Shown piece by piece: positions 39,201-52,076 of a stretch of 64,000 nt of DNA (its first letter is position 1; the number at the start of each line of letters is the position of its first letter). The notes under the pieces were generated by a model, which made no database searches, was not told where the DNA came from, and saw only the letters and a list, made by a program, of their open reading frames with translations. Position numbers and translations under genes: made by a program. Source of the stretch: Paragordius varius (Eukaryota > Animalia > Nematomorpha); the NCBI GenBank assembly GCA_964247055.1, contig OZ176050.1:7998001-8062000 (forward strand), written 5' to 3'.

Positions 39201-39856
39201 TAAAACGGGCAAAAGATACCTCCGAATTCGGGAATATTTCCTGAGAAGATATTTTTTGCCGGTATTCCTTAACAATTTTATCTAGATTTGGAATCTAATT
39301 TCACATAATTATAATTGAATAATAATTAATGAAAAGTGATAAATTAAATTATAATCGGAAAAAACCGCTTTGTATTTTAAATCAAAAATCAGTATCGGAA
39401 TTACTTGTGCTGGACATTCCAGATCATTATATCGATACTTTTATATAATTCTGATCATAAAAAATCATAGTAAAAAATATTTATTGTAATCTTATGTAGT
39501 ATATATATAAATAAAATAGATTGAGATTATTATTTTGATTTTGTCGGTGAATTTAAGTATAAGCATAATATAAATATACCTATATAGTAAACAATATTTA
39601 TAGTATTTATCATATAAGTTCATAAAAATTATATAAATTAATTGCATAATACTGGATGACAACGTGTATGCATATAATGTTAATTGTTGATTGTGTAAAT
39701 AGCCAGAGTAGTCTATCATAAATGCTTATACCTAAAAGCAATTTACTCATTAGTATTAATCCTAATAAGAAACTTAGCAAGCACCTAATAAGCTATTGAT
39801 TAATCGCATTCGTATATACAAACGTATAACTGAGCACCAAAAACATTAATGTTTTT

Positions 39857-42616
39857 TTATATTCTTATCTGGAATGTAGGGTTTTCTATTATCCGTGGTT
39901 TAGGTTTCACGGAGGGTTTCTGCGGTCGTAAACCAGATTCTTTGACCAAAGCGTCAGGTGCTTTCAAATTCGTTGGAGCTGACATGTTGGAAAAAAGTTT
40001 CGTAAGTTCAGATACGCTCCATGTAGTTTCATTCAATTCATCTTGCAATAACATTTTATGATTACCGCAAGGAGGTGTAATGGACGGAGACTGAGAAGAA
40101 GAAATATTACTAATATGTGGACCTTGAACGTTTGATATTTTTTCGCCCTCTGGGGTGTTTCCATTTACATCATCATGATTGAGATATAGTTTAAGTGATT
40201 TCTCATACAGCTTACGGCCATTAACACACGGTTCATTGAATTTATTGTAGTAATGTGTCTTTTGTTTGGTAGCACCATTGGGTGTTGTTGATTTTTTCGT
40301 AATCGGATTCGATCGGGTATTTTTTAGGGAACAATTTCTTCTTGTTTGATTATTTGCTTCCCATGTTTGCAATGCTTTAAACACTATGCCATTGGTAATA
40401 CTATAATCGTTATCATGAGATGTATTCATTGTTTTTCCCGTTTGGCATTTTGGTGTTACATCTGGTTTATAATCAATATCCGCAGACCTTTGCGAAGAAT
40501 GTTTATCCGAATAAATAGATTCGGTGGTATTTGGGCTGTGAGAGGATGATACATTAGTCACTATTCTGTGAATGATGTCAAGTTCAGGTTCTGTATTGTA
40601 TAAATTGCTGTCGCTTAGTGTTAATCCGGAATCTCGGCTTGAACTAGTTAGGGGACTAACTTGGGACATAAATGGATGACAATGAGTATGGGTATCAGTT
40701 TTATTTTTAGTTGTGGTACAAATCGATATTGTATCATAAGCAGCATGCTTATCTCCAAGCGTTGCATGGTAATGGTTTCTATTATTAATGTCTAATCCAT
40801 GCAAACCTCCATCGGTATTGCTATAAGAAGAATTTTCATCCATCTTATCGTGTGATGCCAATGTTTTAAACCTACCATCTCCCGTTATTGTATCATCAAA
40901 ATTGGGAGATAAGTGATGCCTTACATTCGAAGTGACTGGAAGAGAAGGTTTTAATTGGGATTGGAGTTGTTTAGACAAGGGTGTGCCTTTGTTCAAAGAA
41001 TAGTAACGATATGGTAAGTATCGTGTACTAAACATATATAAATCATTTTTTTCTGTGACCTCTAAACTTTCTACCGAAGTTTCATCGCATCGATCATCAC
41101 CATCAACATTGTATTCGTCCATTTCATTATCTAATATAAAAAAATCGATTCATTTATATGACCAATGATTAAAATTGATAAAACAAACATTTAAAAAATG
41201 TATGACGAAAAAAAGTGATATATTTTAAATAGAAATATATGTTATACCTTTGTTATATGGAGACGTACTTTCGGCACTCTCTGTATCTGAATGTTTTATA
41301 CATGTTGTAAATGACGGGTTAGATAAGGCAAAATTACGATTGGATCTAATGTCAATTTTATCTCGTGGTATGTTTGTAGAATTTTGGAAAGCTTTGTTAT
41401 AAATGGATTGCGGTGTTTTAAGGGGCAAATTGGACAAATTTGTTGGAAGAGAGCTCACTGAATTGGGTGATGAAGATTGACTTGGACATTCTTCCTCAAT
41501 ATCTGACTCATTGCCCTGAGACGATTGATCTTTGGAGATATCATCTTTTGGGATTGAGTTCTGTTTTGTACCTTTGTTAGCGTTACTAAGCGTCAATGTA
41601 TCATGATGACTAATTCGACGTTTGGAAACATTACTGGCATTTGAAACGCGCGTTCTTCTTTTTACCCGATTACGTGTTTGGTTAGAACAATTACTATTGC
41701 TCTTAGATAATTTTCTTTGGAGTGTAGAATTTTTCGATATTTTAAGTTCTGGGATGAGTGTATGGACCTTTTCTTTATCCAAAGCATCTATGTTAAGGAT
41801 TAAAAATTCTATCAGTGAGGCTATCCATTTTGCCGTATCACCTATACATTCATCATTTGATTCAAGATTATCGACGTTTTGGGACGTCAAAGTGTCTGGT
41901 TGTTGATTTAAAGCTAAAAAACTTCGACACTTCTTTTTATTTGTCGCAGAAGGGGTAAAGCCATTTTCGGAATCTTTGTTGACGAATGCAGATGAAAGGG
42001 TATTTTTGATACTTTTATGGTAACTAGCGGCAGATTTTTTAATCAGACACGGATTCGATAACGATGTGGGAGTTTTTTCTGGGGAGGACAGGGACCAAAG
42101 CATACTTGGACCTATGCAAATAGCCAAATTCAAAGCAGTCATTCTGTTAAAACTGGCATTTGAATGAATTTTATTTAAGATATGTAGAGTATGAGCTAAC
42201 AACCGACGATTCAAATCAGTTAATTGATTGAAGATGCTATAATAGAAGAAAAAAAATAAGGAAAAAAATTAAAATATATGTTTTGGAAAAAAAATATAAT
42301 GTCATTACTTTGAGCACATAAATAATTTTTCATCCGGATTGGATATATTACAAGTTTGCCGCCATTTGTCATAAATTTGACAATCCATCAATCCATTAGG
42401 TATGTTCCTTATAAATTCCTAAAAATCACATTTTTTAAAGGATATTATGTGCTGAAACAATTTAATTTTAATTTAGAGATCAAAGTTAAATAATTATGTT
42501 AAATGGCTGTTTAGATTCAATGGAAAAAATAAGAATGCATGTTACACTGGATCAAAGACAAATTAGTGAAACAAAAAATGGTTTCAAATATTTATACAGA
42601 GATTCCACTCAAATAT

Positions 42617-42676
<60 letters not shown>

Positions 42677-45600
42677 CCTTATAGATGGCAGCAATAACCA
42701 ATATCGGCATATCTTCCAAAACTATCTGCACTCCACAATCCAATTTCTCTCGTACAGTTTTGCAAAGTTTGGCATTCGCTGACTTTCGAAAGATCCCTAT
42801 TGTATGTGGTGCGAAAGCATACAGTAACTGTAATATTTTCTAGATTAAAAACATATAAATTATTAGTTCCACATATATGATCGCCTGAGTTAAATTCTAA
42901 AAAGCTCTGTACAGTAATAATTAATACATAATATATTTTTTACTTGAATAGGATTAGGCCATTCACCCTTTATAACAATCTCTTGTAAATGCTTTCCAAA
43001 AAGTCGCTTTTCTCCATTCATATTGCCTAAATGCAACGGATTGTGTGATCGATAACTTGTGATTGCCTGATTATTTTTTGTTTGTCCGGATCTCGAGTAT
43101 TGGCCATCATATCTTTTAGATATTCTGATTTCAGTTGCTCGGTGGATATGACCATTGTTGGCATATTGATATTTACCATCTATTGCATCCACAGGTAACG
43201 AATTTTGATGGTTTAACAAAGGTCGAATCGTGGAGCTCTGCTGAGGAATGGTATGAGAGGATATACCTTTCGTAGAAAAGTTGGGCAGAGTTGAGCTTGA
43301 ATCCGTTTTAGACACCATGAAATGGGGAATAACTAAATTGCCAATTTTGTGTGATGACTTGCGTATGTGGTACATACCATTTTTACTTTTGCCAGACATG
43401 AGTTTTCCTACATTTAATTTGATATATATAGATTAAATTATTCTAATATAGTACTATTCAAATAACATATACATTTTAATCCAGAAAATTTGAGAATTGT
43501 ACCAAAAAGAAAATAATTTTTAAATAATAGGGATAAAACATTTGGATATAGACATTTATTTAAATTATTTTATCCAACCTTATTTTCATATGATGATTAA
43601 ATTCATTTAATGTTTTTTACAAGTACTAAATTCGACGCAACTTTTATTAATGTCGAAACGAATTTGATGCACATATATGTATAAACTCTTCTATATTACT
43701 CATATTGTTGCTATATATATACCATTTACAGTTCAAATTCACCCTTGAACAATTTAAATTCACTTTAAATAAATTATGTGTTTTATTACATCAAAAATTA
43801 CCTTTATTTTATAATATTTTTTAAAATATAAAATTCTGTTTAAAATTACTGAAAAAATAATAAACTATGTCGTAAAAATGTATTCCATATTAATGATAAG
43901 TTATATTATCCCAAAAACACAATTTATTTTTAGGGTGAATTTGATTTATTTAAGGGTGTATTTGAATTCCCTTTCAAACAATTCAAATTCACCCTTGAAC
44001 AATTCAAATTCACCCCAAAAATAAATTATGTGTTTTCGAACTAATTTAACTCATTATTAGTATGAAATACATCTTTATGGCATAGTTTATTATTTTTTCA
44101 GTATTATTTTAATTTAAAACAAAATTTCTATTTTTTAAAAATATATAAAAATATTGGTAATTTTTTATCTTAAAAAACATATATTTTAGTTATGGGTGAA
44201 TTTGAATTGTTTAAGGGTGCGAATTGTAAATGGTTTAGAATGCTTAAGTTGTTCTAAACGGTCTGACCGCTTATGTTATTCATGGTCTAAACCATTTAAT
44301 GAATACTTGTAATGTAAATATATGTAGCAACTATAAGAACAAAACGTAAGTAAATATCGGCTCTAGTCATGTTAATGATTTAAAAATACTGCATGGTAAA
44401 TATTTGTTAAATTTTACATTTTTTACCATTAAATCTAAATTTTTAACTATTATTTTATTGTTTTAATACATGTAATAAACAAATGAGTGAATGTTTTGAC
44501 AGGTTACTTTTGATAGCTCTCGCAGTCATGGTCTTTATAACCGCTTAATCCCAAACTTATTGTACTGTTTACCGTAAACATCGTTAAAATAATTTACTGT
44601 TCATAACTATACTTAACAAATTTTACTTGGTTTGAATTTTTGAATGGATAATGTAGCAGATTTGGTTGCATCTAATGTACGCGATTTCAGGAGCTTCGTT
44701 CCAGCATGTTTAGGATTTATCATATTCATCACAGATTTAGGTGTGGAGGTGGTCACATCATACGTCGTATGGCATTTATTTGATGCGTCATATTCACTGC
44801 GGATAGAAAATTGACATATCAAAGCTGAACCCAAATTACCCTCCAGCATTTGTTGAATTTGCATGGTTGTTGATTCGTTGTTTGTAATATCATCACATGT
44901 TCTGTGATGATATTGATTATTATTGAAAAGCGTAGTTTCCTTGGGTGTTGAGTAAGTATTTGTCAGCAAAGATTGGGTACCATGTAATAAACGGTGAGGC
45001 GTTTTTGAATTTTCAGGTTTAAGATTTGGTTTTTTAGTTTTGCAATAGTCATTACCTATGAAACCAATGTCTTTCAAAAATCTGGATATAGTTTTCGAAT
45101 TCAGTGTTAAAGAATGTTCACTTCGACTACTCATACCTAGTAATAAAAATCACATAGTATAGAATAAATAAGTTACAAATCATAATTCGATACAAAATTC
45201 CATTCCCAGATATTAACCATATAAGAATAAACCCTACTTCTAGTTTCAGATACGGCCGCAATCGACAAATTTCGAGAACAATTGCTTGAAGTTTCATCCT
45301 GCGCATTGGTGACACTATTGTTGTTGGGCAATGAAGGCGTTGTGTTACGACAACCTTTCCAATTTATATCGCTTGAGTTATGAGTCTGTGCATATTCTTC
45401 TCCAAAATTTGTTTCAGCGTTATCCAAATTATTGAAACCAAAAAGTCCACCATTAAATCCGCCAAATAAGTGAAGCGAATCATCGAATCCAATGTTGGCC
45501 ATATTATGGTTACTATTATCGCATGTAAGGCCAGTGGAAGAATTGAAACCGGCTGTATTTGTCTGTTGCTGCGATGAAGAAAAGGATAGCAGATATGAGA

Positions 45601-48600
45601 TGATAACTAACGGTCTTTCATGACCTAACAATTTGAAAGATTTTACGGACGAATTCGAGGATGTCGACAAATAATGTGATTGTTGATGTTGTTGCATATT
45701 AAATAGTTGGGTATTAACATCTACCCACAAATAATATTGTGGGAAGTTGTTTTGTGAATAATTTAGAGTTGTCGAGGAGATGGCACTTGAAATATTATCA
45801 TTTGTATTAGGTGTAGATTCATCCACTAAGTTTGGGTCTTTAAATTTATAACATGGATGGGGATTATCATTAATATTGGTAGATGTGTTTATTGTTGCAG
45901 ATTTCGTTTTATCAGGGGGCGTGAGGTGAAATAATGTTTTACATTGTTCTAAACATTCACCAGCTGTGGTAGCCATACTGATACGTATTGCCTTTGACTA
46001 AAAAATTAATAAATTATTGGTTGGAAATGTCAAAAATATTAGATTAAAACACAAATACAATGATTCATTGTGGTTGATAATTTTTTTAAAATATTAAATT
46101 AAAATTACTTTTATTGGAGTGTCCAAATTGCTGTTAAATATTTTCAGGGTAATTTTCTCGTCATCCATTCTCACATTTTGACTTTGATTTTGTATGGCAC
46201 TTTATGCATGAAATTTTAAAAATTAATATCGACGAAATTATAAACTTAAAATTTATTTTGAAAGTTCATTTAAACAAATCAAGTTATTAAATATAAATTG
46301 GTATAAAAACTTACGTGTTAAACAAATGAAACCATTGCGTTTTCAAATGTGGATTGCTAAATTCGATAAATAACATAATTATGTGATATCAATATCTAAT
46401 TTTTTGATAAAATATTTGTTTAAGTCTAAGCAATTATTTTATTTAAAAGTCAACGTACCTAAAAGTGATTAAATGATTCACAATCGGCCATCCAATTATG
46501 AAAGATGAATCAAATTTATCGTTGGAGCCTTGGATAAATAAGTCAAGTCGGGCAGAAACCCACAAATCTGACACTTTAATACGTTGTTTTAGTTGAAATG
46601 CATCATTAGACCTATTTAATTAAATATAATAATCAATTATTTATTCATTATTATAAACTCCTAAAAAATGTACTATAAGACTTTTTCAAAATTTTTTACA
46701 TCCTCATAAAATATCCAATGAAACTTTATGAGTACCCATTTTATGAGTTGAAAAAGTTTACTAAATTATTTATATACTACCTGTATTTTACAATAATGAG
46801 CCAATCTTCAAAAAGTAGGAGGTAACGTTTGTGAGATCGAGTGCCCTAAAGTAAAATTAAAAAAACAAATATATAACAATATAATATTTTAGATTGTTAA
46901 AAATTCATAGAAATATTTACTATACTAATATTTTCTCTAATATATGTATACTTTTTGTGACAATCATACCAAATATATGAAATTAAGCTAATAAAAAATG
47001 TGACTAATCTGACACTTCTCTTAGAAATATTACTCATAAACTTTTAAGTAACTATACTATAATAAGGATGATATGTTAGAGAAGTTTTATAATGGTATTC
47101 TATAAACCAATGATATTCGAACCGTGGCCCATGGAAATGCTTTTTAATGGTTTTGAATAAACATTTTTGACTTATTTATTTTGAGTAAAATTTGCAAATT
47201 AAACAGCTATGAAATGAGTATCGATATTACATGGTGCATGCTCCTTGAGATAGAATAAATATTTTTTGCAATTCTTTAAATTATTTTTCGTGTACCACAA
47301 TTATAAACTAAAATATATATACTTTTAGCCTTTAACCAGATATATTCAATGAATACATATTTTTTAATTTTATTGTATATTGTTTTATTTTGGTTAAATT
47401 TTAAGAATTAAACGGTTGATTTTTCATAACCGATAACCACATCCAATGTTTGTGTAAAGCTAATGGAACAAATAAAAAATTGGCCACAAAAAAATGCTCT
47501 TAAAAACTTATTATTAATAAATGAAACTTTTAAACCTATTTATAAAAATATTATCATAGTTTTGAAATTAATTACCTGAGTAAGGGTGGCGAAACCCTCA
47601 GATATGTAAGCTCTTCGGGATAACATTTTATAATTAGGTCCTAATAGCAGTTAGGAATATGTGGCCATATGAATTCGTAGAAAATTTAAATTCCAGAATA
47701 TTGTATGGTATTGCATATCAGGTATTCTTATTTCTTTAAATATTATAAAAAAAATATAATTTGATGAATAAAATAAATAGCCCAAAGATTTTAAAACAGT
47801 AGTTTGGGAATGTTTGAATAATAAAAAAAATAAATACTGTATCTATTACAGGCATAATTTAAAAAATAAAATTTTATAATAATAATAATAATAAAATAAC
47901 TAATGCATAATTTTATTACACCTTTAATCCTTTCTTCTGCTTATTAACTTACCTTATTATTACAAAAACTAAACATATATATATAGTTTATACACCATTT
48001 TTTTATATGTTTTTACTAAAATAAAAATTATATTAACATATATAAATATATATGTAGATAGAAGATTTCCCTGGAAAAAAATTGTTTTGTGTAAATGTAT
48101 TTATAATATTTATAACCTTGGACAAAATTTATAAAGGTAAAAATGGCTATAAAATATTTACAAGAGACAAGATACTAGATTAGGGAACATGCTACAACAA
48201 AGTTTTTAGACTTATCTATTTTGATTGTCCGTATTTTTATGTATTTCAAAAAAAATAAATCCACTTGAAAAAAATGTATCTATTCTATATAATTACTAAG
48301 GTTGTTTAAAAAAGAAATATATATGAGTTAATTATCAAAATTATATTGAAGTAATACAAAAAGAGAGAGTCTCGCATATTTTTCTCAGGTAAACCAATAA
48401 TAATTTTAAGGAAGATCAACTTAAAAGTTTATTTTTTTTATCTTGAGTACTATACATTTATAAAATATATATATTTTTTTTGTTATGTCCATCCTTCTTT
48501 TATGGAAACAAAAAACATAAATATAGGTGTCTCTATGATATTAAATAAATATACTGGACATTTACTAGATATAATGGATTTGATACAATGTAAAGGTAAC

Positions 48601-49967
48601 AAAAATAGATTAACATATTTTTTAACACACTTGTTGTTGTTTTAAAAATTATTTTTTAAGTACAAATATCCTAAGGACAACAATCTTGAACAAAGATCTT
48701 TTCCTTGCAAATTTTTTGACTCATCTTTACACTACTAAAAGGTTATTCAACTACATAAAATTAAATTTTAAAATATACCCATAATTATCCAGAATTATTT
48801 GTTAAGGCCAAAATTTAAATAGAGACGACAATGATGATTATTTGAAAAAAGTTTTTTGCTAAATTTTGGAAAAAAAACTTGAACTCAAAATAATGAATAG
48901 TACATTATGTAGTAAAAAGTAACATGTCTTATCTACGTATGTATTTGTTCGAAAATCGCGTGAATAATTAAATTTGAATTTTTTTTCGTTAAAAATTATA
49001 AGTTTGTTTCTTAAATATGTTAAAAATAAGATTGTATAATTTTGGTAAACTTGATTAAATTTCTAAGTTATCTCTCTATCACATGAAATAAAACAAATAT
49101 ATAATCAAATACTATAAAAAAAATACGAAACTTTAAAAAATAAATTTTTTAGCTTAATTCCTACCGTTCAGATAGTTAGCAAGCTAACTAACTGAACAAT
49201 TTTTGTTTAACAACACAGACAACATGAGCAAAAATAAATGTATTTTTAGGTAAAACACACACACAAAAGACACAAATCCTCCCTCTAAAAAAGTTTACAA
49301 AAATGTATATAATTAATTTTATCATTGTTGTGTAATGCATGAATTAACATTCTAATCAAGCATTATATGGATTAGGATCTGTTCTGTTCTGAAAAAAAAT
49401 AAAAAACATTTTTTGATAGAGATTTTCGATGCATTCATCCAACATATATACATATAATCAATTAGTTAGTAGGTTATATTGTATATATATTTTAATTTTA
49501 ACTGATTACATATATTTATGTAGGCGAATCGTTGTTTCATCTGAAATTACACAAAACATTGATTTTTTCAACCCAAAATCAAACTTATATCGGAGGGAGC
49601 GCGCGATCATCTTTTACTTGATTAGTTTATAATTATTTATTCTTATAAGTTTAGTAAACTTAAAAATTAAAAAATGTAATTCGTCTTGATATAACTGTCT
49701 GTATAATCAAATCAAGAAAAATTTTTTTTTTACTATCATATCATAAAAAGAAATTATATATTGAGTTAAAAAAGCCATAAAAAATTCAGATTAATACATA
49801 ACATATCAATGTTAACAAATGACCCATATTACAAATAATATATTTATAATAGTTTAATGTTAAGATATCCTTATTTTTTTATTAGTATTCATTTTCTTTT
49901 TAATATAATAGATTTTATTACTTACAAATTTCTCACCTCTGCAGTTATTAAGTAAAATGATTTTCAT
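39857..49967 (-). CDS. ARHGAP20: ARHGAP20-like PH-RA-RhoGAP protein, ~1570 aa; exons 49937..49967 (tentative), 47576..47640, 46781..46845, 46459..46611, 46315..46356, 46109..46199, 45238..45997, 44627..45136, 42944..43407, 42678..42839, 42309..42418, 41248..42236, 39857..41130
   Basis: PH segments (KRYLLLFEDWLIIVK; SFIIGWPIVNHLITF; KTQWFHLF), RA start (TLKIF...SKAIRIS) and RhoGAP motifs (RLFGKHL; GIFRKSANAK; KEFIRNIP; NRMTALNLAICIGPSMLW). All introns are GT-AG with matching phases. The first exon and two low-complexity junctions are less certain. Confidence 0.85.
42620..42673. repeat. (TA)n microsatellite, longest in the window, beside an ARHGAP20 5' splice site
   Basis: TA run starts within a few bases of the donor at 42677. 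Confidence 0.95.
43721..44234. mobile_element. Inverted dimer of a ~255-bp MITE within the 1219-nt ARHGAP20 intron
   Basis: Outer ends ACCATTTACA...TGTAAATGGT. Unit A (43721..~43968) and unit B (~43978..44234) are diverged reverse complements; a monomer occurs at 61145..61406. Confidence 0.8.
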
Positions 49968-51879
49968 TTCTATAAAATCTTAAAATGGGATTATTTAATT
50001 TCTTATTTTATTACTTTTACTATTTTTTAGCAACGACGGTTAATAGTTAAAAGAAAGAAATATGTATATGTAATGTATTTAACACAATTTTTTTACAAAA
50101 CCCAGTTTTTAGTTTACATTACTTACTAATCCAATTAAAATCTCAAGCAAGAGTTATTATTATCATCAGCAGTTAACTGTATAAATCTCTGTTTCAAAAT
50201 TTTTACTTTTCAACATAATTATTATTACTGTGCGTTTTTATCAAATGTCGGAAGTGTTTTATCACACATACACGGCGGAGAATGGAAAAAAATATGACGA
50301 CTAATTTATACATTTAAGATTATTATTTATTAAGGAAACACAACCGAGTATAATAATAATAATATGAATTTATTTACTTCCTATATTACGATAAGAAGAG
50401 AGCGGTAGATAACAAATTTAAAAAAACCAAATCAATCCCTTAATTATTTTCAGTTTTTCACAACTGAATCCAAATTATTTCTATTATGTGCAAATTAGTA
50501 ATTTTAACACGACACGACAACACATAAAATCCTAAATAAGTCAACAAACAAACAGTTATGTAAAGTATAAAAATAGGATGTGAAAAAAAACAAGAAACAC
50601 AATCAAATTTTACTGAACTCTTGACTTATATTGTAATGATATAATAATAATAATAAAACTAACATTTTAACAAAACACATTATAACATATTATCACCTTC
50701 CTTCTTAGATAGATAAAATGATATGTAATTATTATATTATTATATAAAACATTTTAAAATTTAACTTTATATATAGTATAAATATTCATTACCTAATTTT
50801 AATTATAACTAACACTTTGACAACAAAAAAACGCAAGACAATGTGAGGTTAGTGACAAAAAAACTGTTGTAGATAAATTACATGCACTAACTTCTTTAAT
50901 ATCTACAAAAATAAGAACAAATTTGTTTTAAAACTGTTTTAAAGAGGTAATTTAATTTAGAAATATGTTATTACTCGTTCACAATTCCGTGTCTCATATT
51001 AATTAAAAGCGACGATATCAATTTTTTATAAATAGTTCTAAAAAAATTTTTTTATCTTTTTTATTGTATATTTGCTAGGATAAATTTGTCGTGCGAATTA
51101 AATTTTTTTTTAATTTGACAAAAAAACAGTTTCACCTTTACACTAGTGTACGTAACGTTCACAAAAAATGATTTTTTTTAAAAAAATGGAATAATTTATA
51201 TTTAAAATTTTTTAATTAGTAATATTGATTGATGTATTCAATTTTTTTATGTGGTCAAGTTACACTTTTCTATTAAAAATAAATGGACGAGCGGTCAAAT
51301 TATCAAAAAGATCAAAGAAATATATAATATCATGTATAAATTTAAATTTTTATATTATATGTAAATTATACATATAAAATGTAATTTTTATTGTCAAAAA
51401 ATCAATTTTATTTAAATATGATGAGATAAAAAAACTCTTAAAACTATTTAAATTTTAAATATAAAATAAAAATTTTAATTAATTTATGCAAATTAGTTCA
51501 ATAAAAGTAATTACACATTAAACAAAAGCGGTAAGTAAATTTTAAACACTAATTTTTTATTTTAATTGAATTTTAAAATTAAATTAAACTTATTTCAATT
51601 TTATATTTTTTTCCTAATCGAAGTAGTGACCTTTCATTTTGCATCAATAAATTTTTCATAATATCTGACAGTTTTTCATATTGTGGCATCAATCTTGGGA
51701 CCCAATATGTTAAAATTAAAAACTTATGGTAGAGTCCTAAAATTGAAAAATTACAACATTTCGACGGTATAATTGAATCCTCTTTCTAACAACTTTTTTT
51801 CAAATCATATAAAGAGCCTTAATTTGAAAATACAGAAATATATTAAATTTAAAATATTATTTAGTAATAGCCTGAATTA

Positions 51880-52076
51880 TAGTATGAGTAAGTATATAGA
51901 TTGCTAGAAAGTTATTAATTATTGCCAAATAGTAAATACAACAAAGGGCAGTATTATTGGCTTATAGTTATTTTTTCACTTTTTATTTATATTTGCCAAT
52001 AATACTGCCCTCTGTTATATTTACTATTTGGCAATAATTAATAACTTTCTAGCAATCTATATACTTACTCATACTG
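51880..52076. mobile_element. Tc1/mariner-type hairpin MITE, 197 bp
   Basis: 82-bp arms (51880..51961, 51995..52076) with 3 mismatches and a 33-bp spacer. Ends TA|TAGTATG...CATACTG|TA. Confidence 0.85.

Noticed and set aside
39849-41906. ORFs 39849..40061, 40346..40549 and 41622..41906
   Set aside because: Antisense shadows of ARHGAP20 exons.
42700-42740. Apparent frameshift in the RhoGAP exon
   Set aside because: A recount of the A-run across the line break shows the frame is intact (GVQIVLEDMPILV).
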